Origin: Selaginella moellendorffii
Taxonomy: Eukaryota; Plantae; Lycopodiophyta
Assembly (NCBI RefSeq): GCF_000143415.4
Contig: NW_003314328.1
Coordinates: 833,889-897,888 of the forward strand
Reading direction: 5' to 3'
DNA length: 64,000 nt
The notes beneath the pieces were generated by a model. It was not told the DNA's origin, made no database searches, and saw only the letters and a program-made list of their open reading frames with translations. Shown here in pieces: positions 38,006 to 49,666 of this stretch (its first letter is position 1; the number at the start of each line of letters is the position of its first letter). The position numbers and the translations under genes were made by a program.

Positions 38006-38565
38006 AGCGACAAGACACAAGGTGAGAGAGTTCCATGTGAAGTGGAAAGGATTTCCACACTACGAAGCAACATAGGAACCGGAGGAGAACCTAATGAACG
38101 CACGAGATTTAATGGAGGAATTTCTTCAAGGTAGAACTCTATGTACTTATGCAAAGTTCAATTAAAGGCATCCATTTGTGAAGTTGAGCAATGGCATATG
38201 TTGGGACCCAAAGGCACGCCAAAAGTAAGCTAATTAGCATGGGTTAACTAGGTCAACCAGGCGTAGAGGATTACGCCCAACTCCCCACAGGGATGTCAAA
38301 TCCATAGACGTATTTTATGGAGGTTGGGTTCGAGTCCCAACTTAGTAAAGCAAGGCTAGGTTCAAATCCCAACCCCATACTAGGGTGTGGTGAGGTGAGG
38401 GGTATAGGGACACTTATATTCTGTTGTCCTGGGCTCTTGGCCGGGGAGCCTAACTTCGGCACACCACTAAGTGGAGGGATGCCCCTAGAGACATGGTCAA
38501 CGAGTCGTAGGATTAAAAAGAGACGTTTGATGTGGGCATCAAATTTCTTCTATGGGTGGTGGAGT
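38006..38565 (+). mobile_element. 3' internal end of a chromovirus: integrase chromodomain remnant, 3'UTR and PPT
   Basis: REFHVKWKGFPHYEAT*EPEENL (~38025-38095); purine-rich GGGTGGTGGAG just before the LTR. Confidence 0.75.
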
Positions 38566-39639
38566 TGTAAGGAACCAACTCCCTGAGATGTCGTAGACTA
38601 AAGGATTCCCGAAAGAATGACCGAAATGACAAAGAGTTCATCAGATGGGACCGAGTCTAAGATCGAGTCCAAGACCAACTCTGAGACCGAGTTCGAGATA
38701 AAGTCCGGGATCGAGTCCGAGACTGACTCGGAAACCGAGTTCGAGACAGAGTCCGAGAACCAAGATCTGGTCCGAGGTCAAGTCCGAAGTCGAGTCCAAG
38801 ATCGGGTCCAAGATCGAGTCCGAGACTAAGTCCGAAATCAGGTCTGAGATCGAGTCTGAGATCGAGTCGGAGACCAAGTCCGAGTACTAATACAAGTCAA
38901 GGGGTGAAAGCCCAAAGCATGCGTCTCCCGGGGGGGGGGCTGTATGGGGTTCCAAAAGTATAGTAGGGATAGTGAGGTCAAGCTCTATTTCGTTAAAGTG
39001 GGATTTATTCAGTAAAATGGGACTAGGTACAAATTTTCAAGTATTTGAAAATGATGTGAAATTATATGTTTTTTGTCCAGGGGCTAGACATATCTGGGGC
39101 ATGGTGACTAGCGCGGTGACTTTGTGTCCAGACTGAGTCCATCTGGTTGTATAATAAATCTCATTGTCAAGGTGAACAAGCCGAATCCGAAGCTAAAGAA
39201 GAGCGATGGCATGCGCGCACACACTATTTGTTTGTTCATTGAGCGTGTGGTGAGCTTTCCAAGATGAACGTCATTCCTATTAGCCAGACATATAACTTAA
39301 TGGTGAGAACATTTAGATATTATTCAATGTTATCTTTTTCTAACAAATCTAATTGTGAAGGTGTAGCAAGAGGCATTGTTAGTCTGGAGAAGTCATTTAA
39401 CTCATTTGACCTTAGTGTATTTTCATGAAACTAAATAACATTCATATTATTAAGGAATTTCTCTAGTACCTTTTTTTTACGACATAGAGGCTTGCATTTC
39501 TTTCAAAGGTGATTTAGTAAAAGGCCTGAGGGCATATGCCATTCTATTTCTCAGACCGGTATTAAGATATACTAGTGCAAAGGGAAAAAGGTATTTGGTG
39601 ATCAAGTAAATGGCATGAGGGCACACGCCATTATAAGCC

Positions 39640-39895
39640 TAAGCACTAGTGGACACCTCCTTTTTGGTACTCTCAGCGGTACTATCATCCTTCTCCGGGT
39701 CAGTTGTTTTGCTTTGGATTGTTGTCTCTGACGTTACTGGGGCGTTCTCGATAGTTGTTAATGTTGCCGTTTGTTCAAAAAATGATCACCTGGAGTATAG
39801 TACGGGGAGTTTGGAAGACTTATATATTCTACATCTTCACCTATCTCCTTCTCCGTCTCCTTTTCTGCCTCACTTACAGATTTTGTGCTTGCCAT
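39640..39895 (-). pseudogene. Frameshifted copy of the Sola micro-ORF
   Basis: ORF 39758-39997 matches 11961-12320 up to YYTPGDHF and then shifts frame. Confidence 0.65.
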
Positions 39896-40608
39896 GAGAA
39901 CGCTCTTCACCCTAAAATATGGAGTTCGTTGTGTTATAAAAGGAAACCAACACACACGCTGCAAGGGAATGATGGTACATAAAGCACGTAAGCCCACAAT
40001 ATGGGTTTATGTGCCATTAATATGGGCCACACGCCATATTATTAGATTTATGCACGTGTGATTGGTAAATGCATATGTCACATCATCTTTGTTTTACCTC
40101 ACACACTATATCAGGCCTAATGAACCATATTACATGTGCGCACATGCTATATATATGGAGAAGTATTATGCAAGGATAGAAAAATTCAATGCATGATTAT
40201 GGAGAGCAATGGCATGAAGCCACATGCTAAATAACATTTTAGAGAAAGAATTAAAATAAAAACATGCAAACAATACTAAGTGGACCAAGACTTAGAAGTG
40301 CACAATTGAATGAGGTATTTCTAATAAATATTTCACTCACCTCATATAGGAATGGCTACCATTCTCAAATGGCGTATCGCCTCATGCCATCACCTCGCAA
40401 TTTGTTATAACAATCCGATGAATTCATATTCGGCTTGTTCACCTTGAACTTTAAGTAAGATTTGCTAGAACAACTAAGAATTTATACTTGTTATTTGTAT
40501 CATCTCACCTAGGAATGGCGTAAGGCCACATGCCATCACGCCTCCTCTGATTCAAATTCGGATTGTTCACCTTGAAATAAAATACATTAGAAACTTAGTA
40601 AAGGAATA

Positions 40609-42759
40609 TTAATGAATCTCACCTTGAACCCTGGTTATGAATGCTCTTGCTGCATCTCTTGCATGGTCTGGCAAGGTGATGGTGGCACTCTGCTTCCGCA
40701 TCCAACCATGCACAACATTATCCACCGATATGCTCATGCTGGGATCCCTTGGATTCAACACCCATCTCTTTTCTAGGCAATCCTTCGTATATCCGGAACT
40801 TGGCTTGAACCACTCCACAGTTACATTGAAGGAGTTAGTTTCCGCGTCCTCCTCTGCATTAGTGATGCAGTGCCCCACCCATATCATTTGTTTTTTATTA
40901 CTGGGTCTGACAAGCACGACCATTCCTTTGCAGACCTGTACTGGATTGAATGCTGAATCCGGCTTCTTGTTCCTCGGCCCACAATAGTGATCCTCAACAT
41001 CATTATCTGTCACTGCATTTCCAGAGGACATTGTTCCGCTACTATCTGGTGCTCTGGGTTCTGGCCAAAAGGACTCTTCCAATTCTTCATATACAACCGG
41101 CCCATTTTGGATAGCAGATATAATCTTCTCCCAGTATTCGAGCAAAGGCTTGCACCTCTGAAAATAGGATTTTCCACCAAACACCAACCCCCTCTTCCAG
41201 AAGGCAATATGCTATCTAATCCCGGCCATTATACTTTCCTGGTCTTTGAGTCCATCCGGGTGCATCGGCCGTGGGGAACCCTGAGGAATCATAGGTTCCC
41301 CAGTTATGGGATCTCTCTTGAAGAGTTCAATGCCGTCCACTGGCAGCCACATTATGTCCCATTCTCTCATCTTGTACCTCATCACTAGAGCACCGTCACG
41401 CATGCTGAAATGAAACTGAAGAGGCTTGGAGTGGCCAATCAGCGTTTCGGATCCGTCCCTGATGTAGCCTCTTACAAACCCCTTAAAGTCTGGAACCTCT
41501 GTCACAAGTGCAGCTTCAACAGTGCCTTTGATGCAATTTTGGAATTCATCGTAGAGTTGTGGGAGGGTGAGGACATTGGATCGCCGGAGGGACTCTGCCA
41601 GGTGACTGAACATGGCATCGACGTCTTCATGAGTGTGCCCAACCATGAGAAAGCCAAGTGTAACTGTTTCAAATATGCCTTTGGCAACAAGCATCGCCAA
41701 GTACGCGAAGACGTACATGTTTTTGTTCTCACTGCCAGCATTGTCTGTTTGGAGCAGAAGATGGGGTGGAAGGCCACATCGGCCGCAAGAACTTCCTTGA
41801 GATTCTGCTTCGTTTGGATGAGGCTATGCATTCACCGGGCGACCAGCCTCGTCGGAATGGCATGAGGCCTCACGTGATAACCCTACAATCTGACGGCTAA
41901 CATATTCACTGGGATGGCATGGGGCCCCACGCGATACTGCAAGCCTTTGCTCCTCCTCTAGCTGAACCCTGTATGGGGTTCGATCGACAAGGGCCTTATG
42001 CAAGGGTTGGCCGTTCAGCTCAGTCTGCGCACTTTGCAGAGACCTTAAGTGTTTTGCTAGGGACGCAATTATCATGTTTGCACCCCCGCCACCCCATAGA
42101 GGTACAAAGAAGTTCCCATAGTTCTGGGCACCATGCCCATGAGCGATTATGCCAAACAGAGACACAGGCAGCTGCATGGATGAAGAGATTGCCTTGGGGG
42201 CAGGATTGAGTCGAGGTAAGCACGTCTTTTTCTGGTCCATTTTGTCGTGGATGATGCAGAGGTAAGAGTCAGGTTTCTCCATGGAGAGAATCCTGTTATG
42301 ATAATATGCAGTCCTGCAGCTTCTCTGCTCGATGTTGTGGTCGAGCCACCTTCTAACCAACGTCTCTCGCTCTTGAGCGATGCAAGAATTCTTCGACAAA
42401 GCCATTTTGATAGCAGTGCACTCGTCACACTTTGAAAAGCTGGAGTACTTTCCTATACTCACATCCCTGAACCTGTTGCTCCACAATCTACTAAATCTAG
42501 ATTGGCTTAGCTTCCTGTAGCCATTACTCTGGAGTTCCCGATTCACATCTTCCAATATGGCCCCCTTGGTATACATGAAAGGGAGAACTCGTTGGGTGTC
42601 TCGAGTTCCATCTTCCAAGAGGCGGGTTTTATGTGGTTGCTGCTCGCTACATGTCTCGACAAACCTCTTGAAGATTGCCTCTCCATATACAACATGACCC
42701 TTGGTTTTGTGAGTACCATCGTTCCCATGGACTACCTGTTGAACCCTTTGTTCCTCGAA
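40609..42759 (-). pseudogene. 5'-truncated Sola-like transposase of copy 2 with in-frame stops
   Basis: ORFs 41824-42618, 41212-41718 and 40609-41187 are near-identical to the copy 1 transposase. Confidence 0.88.
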
Positions 42760-42895
42760 GTGGCCTCATGCCATTTCTAAATGTGGTCCTAAGCCATTCC
42801 ATGGTGAACATACCAGGAAGCACAAGTGCCGAATATCAAGAGGCACATTCGCTAGCGAGTCCGGCCTCGATTGTCACGCCTCCATTCGGCTTCAA

Positions 42896-45800
42896 ATGGT
42901 AAGTCTTTTAGGCCAAGTAGAAAATGGCATGAGGCCACATGCCATTCAGTAGTAACATTGGCATGCACTGATTGGGCTCTCGAGTGCAGTCCGGTTACAG
43001 ATGGCGTGTAGCCTCACGCCATCTTAGGATGTAGCCTCAAGACATCTGATGCAGTGGTGAATGGCGTGTGGCCTCACGTTATTTCCAGCTGGTAGCTTTT
43101 CATCTGTCAGCTCTAATTGTTGTGCATTTCTGAACAGGCGAGGAATTGCATTCTTCTTCCAGCCACTGTCAATGTGGATGCAGAGAAGGGGGAGGAGCTC
43201 ACCAGTTGGACTTTCGGGATGGAAGGCGAGGATCTGAGGCTGTACAACACAGATGGTGGGAGAAAAGAATGCATGGGAATCCTCATCCAAGTGACAGACA
43301 CTCCATGCAGTTCCATGCAAGAATATGGACTGGCACTTGTGGTAGAGACAGCATCCGCCTTCAAGATCCACCTTGCACATCCTAGCGGCTTCCCGAAGGG
43401 GGGCAGCGGCTATGAGGAATTCCTAGAGGGAGCTAGTGAGAGGTTGTCCAAGAGGCCCACAATTTCAAAGATGCTACGGGTCTATGAAGATCACATGGAA
43501 TCCACGGACCTCACCTATGGCGATGTTCAAAAACTATATTCCAACATTGAGTCGTTGAGAGTGCCTCCAGTTCGTGAAGTGAAGGGGAAGGGGGTCGATC
43601 TGGAAACTACCCCGAAGCAGAAAAGGGTGGTCAAGCTCAAGCCGACGTCCGACTCTCCTGCTCCAAAAAAGAAGCTACTCGGTGATGCCATTGCCTCGGG
43701 TTCGAACACTACACCCACCAAAAAGAAGAGCCGCAAAGAGCAGAAAGAGCAAGAAGAGGCAGCAAAAATCGTCGCAGATAATAGTACTTGTTACTATTCC
43801 AACAAAGTATATACAATCGACGTGAGCCGTATCGACATCGAAAGCAAATACAACCACAGGCTAGTATCTGATGAGTGGGTGGAGAAACTAAAGCAAAAGA
43901 TGCTGGCAAGTCCAGTAACACCCGACATCGCAGATGTGATCCCCTACTACCGAACAATGAAGGGCGAGACGAGGTTTCTAGACTTGATCAATAGGAAGGT
44001 GTTGGATGATCAGAACATCCGGTTCTATACTGTCTCCAGGCATCATTCTAGCTTGGCGATGCAAGAGATAGTTCTGGATATTATGGTGGGCGAGGAGGTG
44101 AAGAAAGTCTTCAAGACAAGAGTTGTCCGCCTGATAAAAGGCAACTCGCCCCTCCGATCTATCATATACATCTCCCACGCGCAGAATGTCAAGCAAGAAA
44201 CGTGCTACAAATCGGGTCTACACGAGACATTGGCACGAACACGGAAGCTCTGGGTTCAACTGAAGAAGCCACAAAAACTAGGACAAGGACGTGCACTAGC
44301 AACTAGCGCCTGGCAGGTAAGCCTCGTTGCATGTGGCATAGCATATGGCCTCACGCCATTTCCATTGTAGGAATTCTCGAGTCTTCTCTCGAAAACACTG
44401 GGGGTCAATAACACACTCAGCATCCATAACATTCTACTCGCGACAAAAGTTGTTTTTGACAAATGGGTAGATGTGCTGAGGAGGTACCATGACGGGGAGT
44501 TGCTAAACTCAATGGGTGTGGAGGACGGCCGAAAGCCCAATGATTTGAAGCTCAACGCCTTGCGTTTCTCGCGGTCTCTAGACGACGACGACCTTCTGAC
44601 AGTGGCTAATGCTCTTCTACGTGGTGAGGTAGTCTTCAACAAGACCAAAATGACTCCCGGCCATATTGTGACATACGAGGACTTGTGCACGACTCTGAGA
44701 GCTCGTGCGCTATTGAAGGATTGGATCTTCGAGCAAGTGGCCGTGGAGAGGGTGAGCATCGACACCACGCAAGAGATGATGGAAGAGCTGGAGTTGTCAA
44801 ATGAAGACATCGACGAGTACGTGAAGGGGGCCCCCAAGTTCATCAATCTACTGCGGGATGCCACGAAAAGTAAAGCTGAGAAGTTGGATCAGTATCCAAA
44901 TTTCATTAAGAGGGATGTCGACCGCTGGCTTCAGAAACAGCTCGACCCCGCAGCAGAGGCCTATCAAGAACCTTACCGGGTATACGTGAATTCGGATGAG
45001 GATCAAAGGTGGAGGAGCATCGTTTCCCGCGGAGATGAGCAGGTCAAGAACATCTTTTGTGTGATGGACTTCACAAACGAGGAAATCACTCATGCAGACA
45101 AAGTCAGCTCCATCATTGACTTAATGGTGGGACTTGCGGAGGTGGAATCTTCAGTCCACTATATGATCTACGACTCCGAATCCTATCACAAGTTCTAGAA
45201 GGCCTTGAACGAGGTGAAGGCTCGGTTGAAAGGCAAGGAGATGCGGGAGATCCATGGGATAATGGCTAAGAAGAAGATACCGACGAATGTCCGCATCTTC
45301 ACACTCGCCCTTGTTATTGGTCCTGCAGCAGAGTGGGACTGGAGTGACTTCCCAGCTTCGTTCGACAAGGCCAATCGAATTGATCTAAGGGAGGTCAATT
45401 TACCCGTGCCTGAGGAACTGAAGACGGCTATGGAGCTTTCGAATCCAGAGAAAGCTCCAGGTGCAGCATAGGAAATGCTCAGTTGGGTCTTCAACGCAAT
45501 AACGGGTGGGTCACCTGCTTCCGACTCCAAGGGCAACTGCGTTGTCGAGTACAACTGCGGCGGACTATTCTTTCGAGCCGCACTACTCAAGGGTGTCCCG
45601 TGTGTTGCGGTGACAAACTCCATTGAAGAGGTGACTTCAATGAAGCATATAATTACAGTTGCCAAAGAAAAACAGTATCTTCTCTGCGAACCTGGTGAGT
45701 ACGCACTTTAAGTTTAAATGTTATCTCACAAGCTCTGTATGCAGGAGCGTGGCCACCCCCAGATGCTGAAACGGCGTTAACAGCTACTGTTGAAGATACC

Positions 45801-48525
45801 CATGTTGGGCCGAGCTCACAACCTGCACAAGGTAAGGTCACGTGAGGCCTCACGCCATTTTGATTATAAATTGTTGTGAATATTCAGACACAAGGACTGA
45901 AAAGCGCACTGGTGGCACGTCGAAGAAGGACAAACAGACAAGCAATAGGAAAAAAGGAGGTACAAATTATATTTGCAATGGCGTGTGGTCTCATGCCATT
46001 CCTTGCAGGAGACACTTCTTCAAAGGCAAAACAGGCAAGCACCAGCCAAGCTCAAACTGACAGTGGTCATAAAAAGCGAAAACACGTTGGACAGTCGTCG
46101 GGATCAGAGGCGTTTGATTCGAAAAGGAAGAAGGGCAACAAAAAGATGATAGATAATGCCTCGCGGTTATGGCGTGTGTGCTCATGCCATTCATTGCAGA
46201 TCAAGGGCTAAGTGAAAGCAGCCAGTCACCACCTCCTGACTCAGATTCCTATGGCGGACTCCCCTTCCCCAATCTCAATGGAGAGGTACAATGGATGAGG
46301 GATGCTTTTCAAGTCAGGGCTACGTTTTTCTCATCTCGTCGTCTTTGAAGGGTGCAAGAACGTGCAGAAACCATGTTAAGACAGTCGGGTGAGGATACGG
46401 TCCTAGGTCACGCACTAAAACAAGCTATGGATGTCTTGTATTTTGAGATGGAGACTCGGCCAGATGATTTTCCCAAGATGGTCCTGGAAGAACAAACCAT
46501 CCAGCCTGAGCAGCCTATGGAAGAAATGCAGGAGGGGGATGAGGAGCCAGAGAAAGATAATGAGTAGAAAGAGCAGAAGGACGAAGAGGAGGACAAAGAA
46601 GAGGAGGACGAAGAAGAGGAGGACGAAGAGGACTTGGATGGTCCTCACAATGGTGACGATCACAATAACGACGACAATGATGATGACGACGATGGCCAGC
46701 CTGAGGTGGCCAAAGAGCAGCGAAGGAAGGTCATACAAGACAAACCATCAGGTAAATAATAGTACATCCATTCCTAACCTTTTACCATTTCTAACATTGT
46801 CCATGTAGGTTGCAGAAGAAATGGTAAGTAGAGATTATTCAGTTGAATTAAGATACAAACTCTAGCCTTTAGTGTCGAGGAAGGATAGTGCCAAGCAAGG
46901 GTCGAAACGTATGTCCAATCCTTCAGAATCAGCAGTGCGCCCAAGTGATATCGGTCCTAGTTCCTCAATAGCAGTTGATGGTAAATACAGTATAGTCGAT
47001 TCAATGTGCTAATGAGTTTGTTTTTAGTAGCCAGTAGGGAGGATACCATCTCAATCGAAGGGAGATATTTGGATATGCATATGGATCCGCCAGTGGACTC
47101 TACTTGCCTGCAAGAGTCATCAGAGTTGGTGGAGGCTACTATCCATATCAACGCCAAGCAATCTGACCACGCTCCACTTGATGCTGCCCATACCACTGAG
47201 TCAATCTTGTCCACGTATCCAACTGACGGTGACCAGGCGCCATTGGACCCGCATGAAGCCGCCCCAGCCGCCGAGCCGGTCGTATCCTCATTTCCAACGG
47301 ACTCAACGTGTGCTCAATCGTCTGACTACGCGCCGTTGGAACCTCCTTACACCGCCCCTGCTGCCTGTTCGGTCATGTCCACTTTGCCAACGGAGGCACC
47401 AGCTGAAATGGCGTGTGATCACACGCCATCGGAACCACCCCATGCCACTGTTGAGCCAGTTGTACCAGAGTCTACAGCTGAAATGGCATGTGCCCACACG
47501 CCATCGGATGCGATTGACCCCACATTGCAGAGGAGAGTATTTCCGCCCTTCACGTTTCCTCGACCAAAACCCTTTCAATGACCATCGGGAGCACCATTCG
47601 CTAATATTGTAGATGGTAAAATTGACTTGTACCATTTTTTATACTGACGCATTTCATTTCAGAGTCACGGCGAAGGTACTGTATCGTTTTTGATCTGAAC
47701 GGTGTCCTTTTCTCCCATGAGCATGGCTCGTCCTCGAATGTCACTGCACCCTCCAAAGCCTGTGGTCGCAAGTTGGTCAAAAGAGACAGATTCACATTAA
47801 TCACACGGGAGAAACTGCGGGATCTAATAATGACCATACGACACTTAAAACAGAGGGCCGGGTTCAATTTGCAATTGGGAGTTTGGACATCCATGATGCG
47901 CCACAATGCATTAACGTTGCTACAGATGATGCACGATCAGACGCGAGTAATATTACCATTTGACTTTCTCCTAACGCAAGAGGATTGCTTGACTATGGTC
48001 CATGTGAGGGGTAGCAAGCCCATCTTCGTCAAGCCAGAGGCTGTAGTGATGAACCGGACTGCTAGGTCAAGTGAAATCCTCATCATTGATGACTCACCGA
48101 TTAAAACTACAGCGAACACGCACACATATGCAGTGCACCCCATCTCTTGCAGTATGGAAACTAGGGAGAAGAAACCGTATGTTCTGGGGGACCTTGCAAA
48201 ACGGCTTGGAGCAATGGTGATAGAGAACCGGCCAGTCCAGGAGGTGGCTGCAGAAATCAACCAAATGGCAAATGGAATGGTATATTAGAAGCCATTTGAT
48301 CAGACAGACACCAGTCATCATTTATGGCATGTATATTGTCTAGCCAAGCACTATCCGCATCTCCATAATCTGCTCAACCGGATGGGTTCTTCGACCACTG
48401 AACATGAGCGTGGACGTATTAGAGAAGAGATGGCATTACTATTGAGTTTAAATCCTGATAGTGTGGAGAGTGATGAAATTCCAAGATTATTGTATAGGCG
48501 TTGGAGGCAAAAAATAACAGTCTGA
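42896..48525 (+). pseudogene. Sola cargo gene, copy 2 (more complete): ParB-like (~43805-44215), MTase-like (~45040-45680), acidic, Pro/Ala-rich, FCP1/HAD (~47675-48240)
   Basis: VYTIDVSRIDI..RLVSDEWVEKLKQKM..FY.VS(G/R)(Q/H)HSSLAM..ISHAQN; NIFCVMDF; NPEKAP..MLSWVF..CVVEYNCGGLFFRAALLKGVPCVAV; FDLNGVL, VWTS, IIDDSP. Splice junctions near 42899/43137, 44317/44370, 45695/45743, 45832/45887, 45960/46008; several TAG/TGA stops. Confidence 0.78.
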
Positions 48526-49666
48526 GATGGCATGTATTTATTTAAAAATGTAACTTATTATGGCATGGGGTTCCATGCCATTGTATTAATATTAAAAGAC
48601 AATTCTTTGAGAGGATTTGCATTATACTAGAAGTGTTACAGCATGTTATTGGAAGTCTACGAAGTTGTTTTATTAATAAGGGGAAAGTAAAGATTGAATG
48701 GGGACTTGGGCTCCACCTAGACTCGGAGCAACTGAGCCAATATTAAAAGGATGGAAAGAAATTGGACGACGATGACAAGGAGAAGAGAGAGGTGAAGCAG
48801 TGGCAGGGGGAGGAGAAGTGATTGAGTAGACATTTCCTTGTTTAAAATAAAATGGCATGTGCCTCAATGCAGTTGAATTTTGTTATATTTATATACTATA
48901 TAAAGGTTTGGAAACTTTATTTTACAAGTGGGATAATGACAATTCCCACTTTAACGAAATAGAGCTTGGTCTAGGAATTAGTCTTGAAAGAATTCTCCAG
49001 TGGTGCTTCCAAACTGACTTGAGGTTGAGACTGGGGCCGAAGGGCCTTGAGTGGGAGTGAGCATGGACTCGGGTGGTGCTGGAGGGACCACCCAAGGAAG
49101 TGCTCAAGAGCAGCTCCCACTCCCAAAAAAGAAACCGACTGCAGTGCTCCTGGCTCATGTGGAGTGGTGCCCCACTTGAGTACCGTGTGGCTCATTGGTC
49201 CTCGCCTTTTCTAGGGGCTTGGGCCTTCCCTTCGGGATGGAAGTGGGGGGGTAGAGGTACCCATACCAGGCCGTTAGACCACGATGTTTTGCCCTAGCGT
49301 CCTGAAACATGTGTTGCACCCAAGACTTGGGATTTAGAGGGTCCCATGATCAAGTCTTGTGGTACCAAGGGATTTTACGAACCTGGAGACTTGGTGCGCT
49401 TGGCTGCTTGTGATTGCGGGGAGTGTAGCCGAACCTTAAGTCCAGTCTAACTCGGGGAGGGGGATTGGGAGAGATTTGGGAACCCATGGATGGATGGCTA
49501 ATGCTCCGTTGTTTGTGTAGTGAGTAGCTGAAACCAAGTAGGACCAAGTAGGAGCTGGTACCATAGGCAGGAACCTTGGTGAGGGAACTTAACTAAAGCC
49601 AAGGCAGTGTTGGTTGGATAGAGGAGGTAAGCTAGCAAATTGGAAAAGAAAAATTTATGGCTTACA

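Larger units (their letters stand above)
38980..48967 (-). mobile_element. Sola-like transposon, copy 2 (~10 kb), inverted, with the promoter region and transposase 5' end deleted
   Basis: Perfect 24-bp TIRs; TSD GGTC (38976-38979, 48968-48971), confirmed by the empty site GATAGTGAGGTCTAGG in the paralogous LTR near 60056-60070. Confidence 0.92.
38566..49666 (+). mobile_element. Chromovirus 3' LTR (TGTAAG...CTTACA) split by Sola copy 2 (LTR parts 38566-38979 and 48968-49666)
   Basis: Colinear with the uninterrupted LTR at 59613-60762. Confidence 0.85.
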
